Origin: Eledone cirrhosa
Taxonomy: Eukaryota
NCBI GenBank assembly: GCA_964016885.1
Contig: OZ024741.1
Coordinates: 119,350,001 to 119,414,000, forward strand
Length of the DNA: 64,000 nucleotides
Direction of reading: 5' to 3'
This document shows positions 31,973 to 45,016 of the stretch, one piece after another. The position numbers and the translations under genes are program-made. Every line of letters begins with the position of its first letter. Positions within the stretch are counted from its first letter, which is position 1. Below the pieces are notes generated by a model. The model saw only the letters and a program-made list of their open reading frames with translations, ran no database searches and had not been told where the DNA came from.

Positions 31973-32364
31973 GTAAGAACTAGTCACTACTTCGCTTTCA
32001 CTATTATAATAAACCCCATCAAATTGTTTTCTAAAATAATTTTTGCATTGTTTGAAATGATATAATGTATTTCAATAAACACACTTCACTCACATATGTG
32101 ATGTTATGTGTGCTTGTTCTGTTATGACTAATGCTTTAAATCTTGGCCAAATGTTACTGGTTACTGATTTAATCTTAGGTAGCAGCTTTGTTGTTTTGTG
32201 TATTTTTTACTTGTTCAGTCATGGAAGGAAAAGGGTATCCATGGTCCTTTTTTTTCTTTTTTTTTTTTTTTTTTTTTTCGTGTGGAGGGTCTGAAAATTG
32301 TAGGAGGGAAATGGGGAAGAAGAGGATATCTTCAAACCAGACATTTAACCCAAATGCTTCCCAC

Positions 32365-32692
32365 AGAAGTGTCCAAGGGTGGGTAGTGTAAAACCAGGTG
32401 ACAGATTATGCTTACTACAAAGGGGCCAAGTGGTGGTAGTTGGTGTAAAACAGGTCACAGGTTAAGTCTACCACCCAAGGGTCATGTGATGGTATTAAAC
32501 TAGGTGACAGGTTAAGACTACCACCCAAAGACCAGGTGGTGATGTTAAACTGGGTGACAGATTAAGTCAAGAAGCAAGTGGTGGTGTTAAAGTGGGTGAA
32601 AGTTTAAGTTATCCCCCAAAGGTCAGGTGGTGGTGTTAAACTGGATGATGAATTAAGTCTACCACCCAAGGGGCAGGTGTTAAACTGGATGA
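32365..32692. repeat. Degenerate ~50-bp tandem repeat (ggtggtgttaaactgggtgacaggttaagtctaccacccaagg...), ~6-7 copies
   Basis: gttaag recurs at 32461 and 32511; ttaaac recurs with a similar period. Confidence 0.85.
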
Positions 32693-34562
32693 TCAGCCAA
32701 GCTGAGTATTGTTTTACTTCAAATACCAAACATGATTATCTGAAGAAACCTAAGTGGGTAGAAATTAATTCTTTGACAGTATTTTTTTAACAAGCTTATG
32801 ACATTAATATAGAGTTTGATCGACAAGATCCCAGACCTCATTCACTTACCAAGTGCAAGTTGAACTCATTAAATTGGACCAAGGAAACAAAATATATATA
32901 TATATATATACACACATGCAGACATACATACATTAAATTTTCCACATGAAGTTACCTATTAAAGTAGAGTTTCAATAAAACACTGACCGCAATTGTGTAC
33001 ATTTTTAAATGCTTTGTAGTAATATAATGATCGATCTTCATGATTGATGGCATTATCTTTTGCAGGAATAGTTTACCTCCTTTTCTTGTGTATTATCCTC
33101 TTTCCTATGAGAAACCATTAATTCTTTTTAACCTTTTTTATACCAACCTGGTCCAAACCAGCTCTGGTTCTATCAAACAAAGCTAGTCATTTTAAAGGGT
33201 TCCTATTTAAATTGTCCAATATCATTTCATACCATAATCATTTGCTATTCATCAGTTACTATTTTAGTAATGAAATAATTAATTATTTTAGAAAATACCT
33301 CAAAATTCTTCACTAATTATTTTTAACAGAAACACAGCTGTTAAAGGATTAAAGGGTTATTTCTACAACTGTTCACTATGCACAATGTAGTGTTAATGAA
33401 ATTTATATTAAAAAGTCACAGAATTTTCTGTTGGCTTTTTTCTCTCTTTGTCTGTTCCTTTTTTTTATGTAAGGAGATCTAACTTTTTAAAAATAAGACT
33501 AAAAATTTGCCATTTAATTAAAAGTACCATGTATAAGAAATAATGTTGTCATCTTCATTTTACATACCACATTTACAATATAGCAGTAAGTTCAGTAAAT
33601 AAGTCACATGCTAGTTTTTCACATCTAATTTTCACGGAAAAAGGTATGACTTATTTGTACATGAGCACACTCACAAGTAGAGTATCTCGTGGATATATAT
33701 ATATATATATATAATACAAATGGAAGTACAGCATATTCGAAGCTCGAGCCGCAGCTAAGCCGGCGAATGCATTCAGAAGTGCAGCCAAGCACTTGATAAG
33801 GTATAAAACCTTAGAGTAATAACATACCGTTTAAAGGACTTTGCAAATTGAAGATAGTGACCGGTAATTCAGCCATGGGGACCGTATCAACGAAAGAGCT
33901 GACTCGCGAGAAAAAATACATATATATATATATAGGTGACAAATTGGCAGTAGTTAGAACATTGGATAGAATACTTTGCAGTATTTGTTCTGGTTCTCTT
34001 CTCTCTGAGTTCAAATCCTGCCATGGTTAACTTTGCCTGTCATCCTTTTGAGGTTGATAAAAAAAATACCAGTCTTGTACTGAAGTCAATTTTTCCTCTA
34101 TATCGCCTCTCTCACTTTCTATCCTTCTCTGGAAGAAATCTGCTGTGTTCAGCCCTGGAAAAGGATAGGTTCCGACAGGCTCAAAATGTCCAAGAAACAC
34201 TATGCTATTGTAACACCCCTACAACTCCATCAGGTGTTACAGAACCATACATATATATGTATGTATAGGATTTAAGTTTCGAGTATCAGTTTTTTTCTAG
34301 TCAACTTTCAGCATTTGTATTGTTGGGTAGATATACATGCACAAACAGGGTAAGGCAACTTACCAGTTGGTTTGTGCTCATCATAGTTGATAGAATAGAT
34401 TATCACAATTATCCAGTTGATTTCCAGTTGTATCACTAAGTATGGTTAATTACTTCATTATAAGTAATCCACAGAGTTATAAATAAATAAACAGGGTAGT
34501 AGTGCCATAGTGTTGTTTCTACTACCCTGTCAATTTATCTCTCTCTATATATACACATATAT

Positions 34563-34642
34563 ACAGGGTGTCCCAAAAATGAATACACACTTTGATTAGA
34601 ATGGTTTTGACGTGTGTGTACATTTTTGGGGGACACTGTATA
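34563..34642. mobile_element. Tc1/mariner-type MITE (TA-CAGGGTGTCCC...GGGACAC-TG-TA)
   Basis: Short TIRs with TA flanks. Related copies at 44192-44352 and 44843-44923. Confidence 0.72.
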
Positions 34643-34643
34643 T

Positions 34644-34773
34644 GAAAAAGTTGAATTAGAAGATCTCACTGTAACTTTGATTAAATCTTTTTCTGTTCAG
34701 TGGGTTTATATGCCCTGATATTAGATTATTTTATTTAGTCAGAGTTACAGCAAGATCTTCTAATTCAATTTTC
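34644..34773. repeat. Fold-back element with ~40-bp imperfect arms
   Basis: ttgaattagaagatctcactgtaactttgattaaat / atttagtcagagttacagcaagatcttctaattcaa. Confidence 0.78.
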
Positions 34774-34932
34774 AAATTCTTCTCGCTGTTTTCTTTCTTT
34801 CTTTATATATATATACACACACACACACACATATATACATACACATACTCTCCTTGTAACTTTCATCTCTTAGCTACTAACTTCTGTCAGTGTCTTCTCT
34901 GTCACATTGTTTTGTGTATATTATCTATACAG

Positions 34933-34965
34933 ATTCAGTATCAATGACAGCTCAGGTTACTAACG
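34933..34965 (+). CDS. MTSS1: Candidate 33-nt phase 1-1 microexon of the MTSS1-like gene (DSVSMTAQVTN)
   Basis: TACTAAC branch-point match at 34875-34881, acceptor tatacag, donor ACG|gtaaga. Stop-free and frame-preserving between exons C and E. Confidence 0.62.
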
Positions 34966-35678
34966 GTAAGATTTTCACTTGCTTCAAAAAGTCATCTAAC
35001 ATTTTTTTCATTATCCTTAGCTCATTTTCATACCAAAAATGTTTTGTTTTTTTTATAATCCAGACTTTTAGATTTTTCTACCTCTATTTTTTTTTCTCCT
35101 TCTGGCATTGGACAGCTTACATTTATTAACCATTTTTTTACCATCTCAGAAGATGCATGCTTTTTTTATAAATAATTTTTTGAATAATAATAATATTATA
35201 TGTCATTAATATATTAATAATATATATTATTAATGTAAACATATAATGTTATATGTAATTTATGTGATTAGTTAATATATGATTATATTATCAATATATT
35301 AATAATAATAATAATAATAATGATAATAATAATATATTTTTAGCTTGCACGTTTATTTTAAAGTTGCCTGGTTTATTTCTTCTGGTGCTGCTCTGTTGCA
35401 TGGCTCTATTTCATCTTGGAACTTTCAGTTGCTTCAATATTGCTTCGGTTCTTGTGATTTTGCTCCTCAATGTCCTTCATTTAGTTTTGTCATTCTTTAA
35501 ATACAACAAATGAAAGGAAAGAAAGAAGGAAACTGATGACTGATTTTGTTGATCTGTGTGTACAGAATGGAGCAACTTTTCAGTTCTATTCATTACATTG
35601 TGTGGAAGGGGGAGAGACATCATTTTAATGATGGTTATCTCTCCTTGGATATGGAAGTTGCTTATATACTTTACCTTC

Positions 35679-36468
35679 ACCTCTGTCATTACTATTATGT
35701 GTAGATACCTTTACATCAGTTATCGCCATCATGTGTAGATATCTTTACATCTGTTATCATTACCATGTGTAGATATCTTTACATCTGTCATCGCCATCAT
35801 GTGTAGATATCTTTACATCTGTTATCATTACCATGTGTAGATATCTTTACATCTGTCATCGCCATCATGTGTAGATACCTTTACATCTGTTATCATCACC
35901 ATGTGTAGATATCTTTACATCTGTCATCACCATCTGTAGATATCTTTACATCTGTCATCACCATCTGTAGATATCTTTACATCTGTCATCACCATCTGTA
36001 GATATCTTTACATCTGTCATCACCATCATCTGTAGATATCTTTACATCTGTCATCACCATTAAGTGTAGATATGTTTACAAGTCATCACCATCATGTGTA
36101 GATATCTCTACCTCTGTCATCACCATTATGTGTAGATATCTCTACCTCTGTCATCACCATCATGTGAAGCTATCTCTACCTCTGTCATCACCACCATGTG
36201 TAGATATTTTTACATCTGTTGTTACCATCATGTGAAGCTATCTCTACCTCTGTCATCACCACCATGTGTAGATATTTTTACATCTGTTGTTACCATCATG
36301 TGTAGATATGTTTACATCTGTCATCATCATCATGTGTAGATATTTTTACATCTGTTGTTACCATCATGTGTAGATATGTTTACATCTGTCATCACCATCA
36401 TGTGTAGATATTTTTACATCTGTTGTTACCATCATGTGTAGCTATGTTATCTTTACATCTGTCATCAT
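35679..36468. repeat. 34-bp minisatellite (ATCTGTCATCACCATCATGTGTAGATATCTTTAC), ~23 copies
   Basis: Seen directly; includes alternating-variant dimers. Confidence 0.95.
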
Positions 36469-36915
36469 AATAATATCATGCCAATTTTTTATGGATTAAA
36501 TTTACAGCTACTTTTCAGCCATTTTTACCCATAGTTAAGACCCCTCCTAACCATAAATATATAAAACCAATTGAAACCAGTTCATAGTTGGCATTATTTT
36601 GATTCTGAAGGTCATGTTCATATTATTTTTTAAATCATCTCCGTCCATTCTCCTGTGTCTATAGCAATTGAGTTAATTTTGCTACAACTTAATTATCCTA
36701 TTCACATATGCCTTACCATTTCTTGACTGGGTTTATCAAAGATATAAGATTATATATATATATATTACTTCAGATTAAAGTTTAAGCAAACAAAGGTTGA
36801 AAGCAGAAATTGTTTGCTTAAACTTTAAACCTACAGGTTTATATATATACTATATTTATATTATACAACCCTTATCAAGTGCTCTCTGGATTTTGGTCTT
36901 TCTATTTATTATTAC

Positions 36916-36957
<42 letters not shown>

Positions 36958-37276
36958 TGAAGGCACCTACTTGGCTTTGTGGGGAAAAAAGGAGTTGCAA
37001 CAACACTAGTGTCAAGCTGAATCACCTTTGCCTTTCCTTTGAACAACATCAGTGTTATGAAAAGGGGAGACTGGCAATCATGGGTGACTGCTGCTCTTCT
37101 GGCCAGGCATGTGCCTTGGAGAGGAAATTTCCAGGTGCAAACCAATGACTAGTCATGGCAAAACAGGATCTATTATATATATATATATATATCCTCCATC
37201 ATTGACATCTATAAAATATTCCTGAAATATTCTTAATGTCAGTATTGCCAAAATCACATCAGAGAACCTTGGTATT

Positions 37277-37615
37277 TCTTTCTTTCTTCTTCTTCATCCA
37301 CTTATTCCTGAGACAGTCACAGGGGCTGAGTCTTCAAACACTCCTTCAGCATGTCAGAAGCAATCGTCTCCAATTGATCTGGTTGGATCTCTAAGTGAAA
37401 CCAGCCAATCTCATAGATATTATCCAAATATCATGGTCGGGATCTACCCCTGGGTCTCCTGCCAGTTGGTGTTGCCTGTAAAATTTGTCCAGCAATTCTT
37501 TCCATAGACATTCTGACCACATGTCCATAGTATTGGACTGTGATTTCTCAATTCGGAAAAGTAGCGGCTCAACTTGAAGTGACTCTCTGATTTCCGAGCT
37601 ACTTACTGTGTCATA
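37277..37615 (-). mobile_element. Degenerate RTE-type LINE 3' fragment
   Basis: Minus strand translates VQYYGHVVRMSMERIAGQILQATPTGRRPRGRS and ends in a GAA-rich tail. Confidence 0.72.
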
Positions 37616-38047
37616 TAATTTTATTCCAGCTTGGTATTATATTTGGGAATCTCTCCCTTGCAAGGCACAAACATAACTCATATCATATAGCTCTTGTATT
37701 TTATATGGCATACCTTCATTAATTACTTATATTCAAGACCATATTCAAAAGAAAACCAACAATTTAATTACTGGAAATTGTCTCCTTGTGTTATCATCAT
37801 CAGCATCGTCTCGTAATTAAATACGCCTCTGCCTCTGCTAGAACAGTGTTTTTCCAAACTTGCTAGCTGCATTCTACTTTCAGATTAGAACTTACCTGTT
37901 GCACCTGCTTCTATATGGCTTGCTCTCTACAGCTCACTTTCTTCTTTCTCTAATAATTACATAGAAGACTTCATTTCAAGGGATTCTTTTTACCTTATGG
38001 AACTCTTCTTTCTTGAGTCAGTTCTCCCAGTACCTTACCATATAGAA

Positions 38048-38222
38048 CTCTCTCGCTTTCTCTTTCGCTCTTTCCTTCTCGCTCTTTCTCTCTCTCTCTC
38101 TCTCTCCCATCTCTCTCCCATCTCTCTCCCATCTCTCTCTTCCTCTCCTTCCTCCCTCTCCTTCCTCCCTCTCCTTCCTCCCTCTCCTCCCTCCCTCTCT
38201 CTCCTCTCCTCTCACCTTTCTC
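38048..38222. repeat. Polypyrimidine (CT-rich) tract
   Basis: Almost purely C/T on the + strand. Confidence 0.9.
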
Positions 38223-38750
38223 CAGTCAATTCTCATCATACTCTATCTAACTTCTAACTTATTAAGCTCTTCATTAACTGTGCAGCAATCTTATTTCTTT
38301 CTTCAACCCCCTCCCCCTTTCTAATCCAAGACAGACTTATCAAAGCATGAACAATGCTTTCTCTGTCTTGGAGAAGGGGACTGGAGAGATATGAAACTAT
38401 CAGGTGAGACTGGTAACTTATGAATTCTTTGTTGGTTTTTGTGTAAAATAACTTTTATTTCAGTTTTGGCCATCTTACATTTTTTTGATGGTATTGACTG
38501 TTTATGCTAATTAAATGCTAAAAGTTCAACCCTATTAAACTAAATTGATTATTTCATTTAATATAAACAAACACAAACTGACCTTGAAATGTGAACTAAT
38601 CAATTTAAATATTTGGTTATTTTTTGTTTGTTTGTTTTCTGTTGTTTTTTATTGTTTTATCTTAGGCTCTGAGACACTTAATGAAAGTTTAGGTATAGTT
38701 ACGTTTTATGACTAGTGACTATTGACACCTGTAAGGTACAAGGAGGGACT

Positions 38751-38975
38751 TTAACCCTTTAGCATTTAAACCAACTGTATCCGGCCAGAATTCTCTCACC
38801 TCTTTCTGTTCAAACCAGTCATAACTGACTGCTCATACTTATGTTAAGGTACTGTTCTCAAAATAAATAATAGCAAAATCTCATAGATTTGATATTATGT
38901 GAGATAATTGTGTGAGGTAAAGTGTTTACCGTGAAAATACAATAGTATAGAGTAATGTAAATGTTAATGGGTTAA
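38751..38975. mobile_element. piggyBac-type MITE, family A
   Basis: TTAA-ccctttagcattta...taaatgttaatggg-TTAA. Confidence 0.82.
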
Positions 38976-39917
38976 TACAATATGGCTCCCAATACTGCTT
39001 CTTTATCTAACACTAAACAATGATATAGATTGCAAAAAATGTAGTTTTTTCATTGGAATGTATGTGAATTGTGAATATATTTGTGCACACACACACACAT
39101 CATCATCATCATCAATCTGTTTTCTCTACTAGCAAGGGTTGGACAGATGCATTTTATAATGGCACCAATTCTAGGGAGGTTGCCATGTCCTTGAAGCAAC
39201 TGACAAGTCCTTTCTACTCTTTTGTTTTACAAGTTTTCTATGGCTGGATGCCCTTCCTATCACCAATCACTTTGCAGAATATGCTTGGTGGATTTTATCA
39301 ACAACGATAAGAAGGTTGTCATGTTGTTGACATAACTGAAGATGAAAGGGCAGTTCCCATGACCATTTTCAGAGCCTCTAAGACTGGTGGAAGAGGGGGA
39401 GAGCAGCAACCTAGTTCAAATACAACAGTAAATTCCACTAAAGGCATGCAAAACAATGTAGTAGTGGGTGTTATACTAAAATGGTTTACCTGTGTTGTAT
39501 GTTTATATTTGTCTGCTTTGTATGTAGTACCAGATTGGTACCTTGGAAGTATATATTTGTTCTGTATATTTATTATTAGAGTATTTATAATAAGGTATGT
39601 GCTGTGAATATCATATATAATATCTGTGGCTCAGTGGTTAGGGTGTTTAGCTCATGACTGTAAGGTTGCGAGGTCGATTCCTGGTAGGACATTGTATCTT
39701 TGATCAAGATATTTTCACATTGCTCTAGTCCACTAAGCTGACAAAAGGGAGGTTGTATGTGTATTTGAAAGAACCGGCTTTGTTACACCTGCTGAATGTC
39801 ATAACTACATTAAGGATACACATGTATGTAAAATTGCTCAGCCATTTGCACTTTAATTTCACAAGCAAGCCATTCAATTGTTTAAACCGAAACACTCCTC
39901 AGAAATGAATGAGGTCC

Positions 39918-39985
<68 letters not shown>

Positions 39986-40891
39986 TAATTCCTAATATCT
40001 TTGTCTTGTGTGTGTGTGTGTTTGTTGAGTTTGTTCTTCATTGTTACTGGTGAGAAAGAAGCCTATTGGTTTAGCTGGAGCCATTTTTCCTGATGTGCTG
40101 CAGTAATTGTGCAGTTTTGTCTGGGAAATTTTGCCAAAGGATAACTGTTATATCAACTATATATGAGGTTGTGTGTATATTTTATGTAGATATAAAAATG
40201 TTAACTCCTAACGTCTTGTACCATATGAAACCACATTAGCAAGATTTACTTAAGAATCATAAAACACTATAACTGCATTGCATTATAGATGGAAATCTTT
40301 ACTACTGCAAATTTTCTTAATGATCTTTCCACTGGTAAGGTTATTATAAATGTTTGAATTAAGAAACCTGTTTCAAGATATGTTTTTCTAAATCATTACA
40401 AGCTGTTAATAAGAGGGGGTGCTAGGATGAATACTTGCATTACTCTTCTCAGTAGAGACTTGGTGACCTGAGAGATAGTTTCCCAGCTAGATTTTGTTTG
40501 TAAATGGATAATGGAAATTGGTATTGAAAACTTTGCTAATAGCATTGGTAATCAAAATAACTGTGGAAGAGAGGAAGGCAAGTTTCATCTTGTATAAGGT
40601 TTGCAAGTAATATGGTAGGTAATTTACTCCATGTTGTGAATTGTAAAGGTGTCGGACAGTGATATCAACCCATAGATACATTCACTGGCTTTTAATAGCC
40701 TTTTTCTACTGTAAACACTCAGTTAAGAACCATAATATCTCTGATAGTTCTCATAATTGTATCAATCTTTCTTTTACAATGTCAAAAGCTTGGTTTAGTA
40801 TATTTATGATCCTTACATTTCAAATAGATGATAGATGCAATTCCTCATAAAAAATAACCAAATAATATATAACAATTTGGTGTCCTGTCTG

Positions 40892-40951
<60 letters not shown>

Positions 40952-41246
40952 CATCATATCATTTGTACATCTGCTTTTCCATGCTTCCATGGGTTGGACA
41001 TAACATAAACAGTTAGTAACAGTAATCTAAACATCAAATGGGAGGACACATATATATATATAATGTATGTAGGTGTGTGTGTGTATGTATATATATATAT
41101 TTATGTATATAGTTTAACTGATGGAAGAAAAAAGTACCTACTTGAGTCTTTTCTTGCAATTGAAGTACTTAGCTAGCCATATGAGAAGCAAGAGATTTTT
41201 TTTTTTGTCTTTATATAATTTCCAAGTAAAATGTTTATATGTATGG

Positions 41247-41642
41247 TTGAGCGCTCGATGCTCTTACAGAGCAGAGTATATATCACATAAGAAACGGAGA
41301 ATCAGTGTTGCGACGAATAAAATGTATTAGACATATTACAATCATTTCTCTGGCGACCAGCTCGAGGCACGATCGATGTAATGATCGAACCTGACTCTGA
41401 AGTCACAAGGTCCTCAAATACGTCTCGATTCTACGATTTGGAAACTCTGCTTCGTAGAATCGAGATGTATCTGAGGACCTTGTGATTTCAGAGTCAGGTT
41501 TGATCATTGCATTGATCGTGCCTCGAGCTGGTCGCCAGAGAAACGATAGTAATATGTCTAATAAATTTTATTCGTCGCAACACTGATTCTCCGTTTCTTG
41601 TGTGATATTATACTCTGCTCTGTAAGAGCATTGAGCGCTCAA
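41247..41642. repeat. Near-perfect palindrome: ~190-bp arms with a 15-nt loop (41437-41451)
   Basis: Manual alignment of the arms gives 11 substitutions and 1 indel. Confidence 0.95.
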
Positions 41643-41686
41643 ACGGCCTACCGCTTACAGATGCTTTAAGCATCCCACACCATTTT

Positions 41687-41763
<77 letters not shown>

Positions 41764-42324
41764 CTGTATGGTTAAGGAGTTTTCTTCACAATGATGTGGT
41801 CTTGGGTTTTAGTCTACTGCGTAAAAGCCTGTCATAGATTTATTAGCATTCAGCTACAGTAGGAGATGGTTTCAGTTTCCTTCTGCCCATTGCTGTTTTC
41901 ATAATCATTTGTGATCCTCCTATGCTTGGGTGATTAGCTTTGGCCATCAATGAGCTTTTGAAATCCCTATGCAGAATTTAATCACAAAACAGAAGATGCT
42001 TGAACAAATACTGCAAGGGATCTCATCCAGCTTGCTCTAACAATTCTACCAGTCCCATACCATGAACTAGTACTTTATTTCAGCCATCACAAAAAGAGGA
42101 GGAAAGCATAATTGACTTCAGTAGGATTTGAACTCAAATATCACTAGACATTCTAACTAACACTCTAAAGCAGTCAGTGCTGGACTTACCTATAAGCTAT
42201 AGCTTAGGACCACACACCCTCAGAGGCCTCATTTTTTTTAAATATATTTTTATTCGATCATTAATTTTTATTTTTAACACTAAATCATCAAAAAAGATGT
42301 ATATATATATATATAATGTGTGTG

Positions 42325-42625
42325 TTAGTGCTGTATAAGTTTTGTAGGATACCTTGTATCTGTACTGTATAGAAATCTGTTAGTGCAGTATAAGTATTGT
42401 GGAAGATGTCTTATATCTGTATTATATACAGAAAGATTGTTAGTTCAATATGATTCTTGTGGGAAACCTCTTGTATCTGGGTTGTATAGAGGACTGAGTA
42501 CAGTATGTCTTGTGGGAGTCATCTGATAGCTATACTGTATAGAGAATAACTGTTAGTGTAGTATGTCTTGTGGGAGACATCTTGTATCTGTACTGCATAG
42601 AGAAGGATACTATAAGTGCAGAAAT
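42325..42625. repeat. Degenerate ~55-60-bp tandem repeat, ~5 copies
   Basis: Recurring tagtgcagtat...tgtggga...cttgtatctgtactgtatag. Confidence 0.75.
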
Positions 42626-43704
42626 ATGGTCACACATGTTTATATTGTAAGATTTTTGATGTTATATTTAGGCTAGGCCAACTTGTTCATTTGTCCCCAA
42701 CCTTCTAAAATATCTAATCTTTTTTTTTTTTGTTTTAGTTTTTACTGGATTAAAAGTCCTAAAATTCTTAAGTGTTTCTGTTAATACTGTTACAGTTGCT
42801 ACTAATACTACTATCAATCAAACTCTGTCTCAAGAACATATATTCTCCAACATTTTATGTTGTCTTTCTATTCTCTCTCTCTCTTTCTCTCTCTCTGTGT
42901 AAATACAATAATTCTAAGGGAGATAATTGTGAAGAGGTCTATTTTTATTTCATGCCTCTCTTGCTATGCGTTCTCTCCTTCCTCCTAGATGTTATTTTTG
43001 ACCAATCACTTACTAAAATGAGATGTTACACTTTTTATGATATTAGTGTTAGTAAACTTACTCTGATGCATAGCTTAAGGCTACTAAATCAATATATATT
43101 TATTATACTCTTAAGATTTTTCCATTATAATGGTCACTGAATATATATTATAAGCAGTACAGTACTTTTTGTCTGTCTGTCACACAAACAATATGGAGCA
43201 TCAAAAACATTCTAAACTTTTAGAATTAATGGAACACACACGCACCCATCCATATATAATCCACAAACATAGCTTTATTAAAGTTTTATAAAGGTACCAA
43301 AAAATGTCGTATTTTACCAAATACGGCATTATTTTTTTTTTTTTTTAATATGACTTGAAAATTTCCCTGCGTCTTTGAGGCTGAAGGTTATGTTAGTCAT
43401 AGACCTAAATCTTTTTTTTTTCCTCCATTTACCAACTAAAAAGGGTAGGGAGTATCTCCACAATATCAGCACCTTCAATGTCAGGAAATACGGTGCTTAT
43501 TTCGTTCATAAAACCAAAAAAAAATTGATTATATACTAGGATAAATAGTTTATATCTCTTCTATTATTACTACCACCTCGACTACTACTAATACCACCCT
43601 AACTACTACCACCCCAACTACTATTACAGTTCTATTAGTTTTTACTTAGTACTAGTAGAAATCATGATTACCATATGAACTATTTGCATTGTGGTTACTA
43701 AATT

Positions 43705-43735
<31 letters not shown>

Positions 43736-43806
43736 GTTCTTTTCACTGTGGCTGCATGCTATTATAGTTTAGCCTGATTTTTTGTTCAATTCCTGTTTGT
43801 TTACAG

Positions 43807-43935
43807 ACCTTGATCTAACGCCTACGGAGGGCAGGTGTGACTGCGACAAATACTTCACTATCCCTCGTAACAACAGTGATATGGTCAGCGCCTACAAGGC
43901 CGAGGTGGTAAATAAACGACCTGCATCCACGGCAG
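43807..43935 (+). CDS. MTSS1: MTSS1-like exon E (DLDLTPTEGRCDCDKYFTIPRNNSDMVSAYKAEVVNKRPASTAG)
   Basis: Matches the MTSS1 motif DKxxTIPRNSD...Y...KRPASTAG. Acceptor tttacag, donor G|gtgtgt, phase 1-1. Confidence 0.9.
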
Positions 43936-44360
43936 GTGTGTTTTACTATTTCAGGAAAGTTTGTGTATCATCATCCATCACTCCAGTGTCTCGATTTGTC
44001 AATCATTTGATATTTCTCTCCACCCACAAAAAAAATTTTAATTAATTTAATTAAAAAGATTCACCATTTTTGAAGTTGGCACTTCCATAACCTTGTGATT
44101 CCTTCTTTTTTTTTTGTTTGTTTGTTACTTGCAGCCTTATGTAATAAATGTAATAAATGTTAAATGTTAATATATATATATATATATACATACACAGTGT
44201 CCCAAAAAAGTGTATACACACTTTGATTACCTGTACAGGCAATGTTTATTAGAATGCATAGCCTTTGTGTATACACACTTTGATTACCTGTACAGGCAAC
44301 ATTTATTAGAATGCATAGCCTTTGTGTATACATTTATAAGGGACATCCTGTATATATATA

Positions 44361-44525
44361 TCATCATCATCATCATCATCAACGTTTAACGTCCGTGTTC
44401 CACGCTTGCATGGGTTTGGACGGGGGTAGTCCCACTTGAGGCAAGAGTGATTGTCTTGCTCGCATAGGACTGTCTGGCAGGTTTTCTACAGTTGGATGCC
44501 CTTCCTAACACCAACCACATTTACA

Positions 44526-44527
<2 letters not shown>
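44361..44527 (-). mobile_element. Second SINE-like family (gtggttggtgttaggaagggcatcca body with an RTE-type tail and (atg)n)
   Basis: Reverse complement resembles 48300-48478. Confidence 0.75.
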
Positions 44528-44562
<35 letters not shown>

Positions 44563-45016
44563 CACACACATACATATATATATATACACACACATACATA
44601 TATATATACACACACATACATATATATATACACACAGATATATGAATATATAAATCAAATTGGTGACAGTATATAAATATATACAAAAAAACTAAGACAT
44701 AGTTTGGATGTTGACATCCAGAATGGATGGCTGAAGACTGGATATGGTTTGTTCTAATCTTACATTTCGTTCCATAACTAATTTCATTAACAGAATTTCC
44801 CAATGCTACAAAGTGTTATTTCTAAACTTGCCTATATTTATATAGGGTATCCCTCAAAAATACATACACACTTCAAACAGAATTCTCATAAATATGTGTA
44901 TACATTTTGTGGGACACCCTGTATATAATTCAAAATTCAATAAGACAAAGAATTAGTGTTACTATTATTTATTGATACAGATGTAGCGGGATAGCAGGCA
45001 AACTAACAGGTAAGGA

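Noticed and set aside
32740-32775. CTGAAGA-AACCTAAGTGGGTA-GAAATTAATT hammerhead-like string
   Set aside because: No stem I complementarity, and an extra base precedes GAAA.
41471-41556. CTGAGGA...GAAACGATA as a hammerhead within the palindrome arm
   Set aside because: I could not form a closing stem II pair or an adequate stem I.
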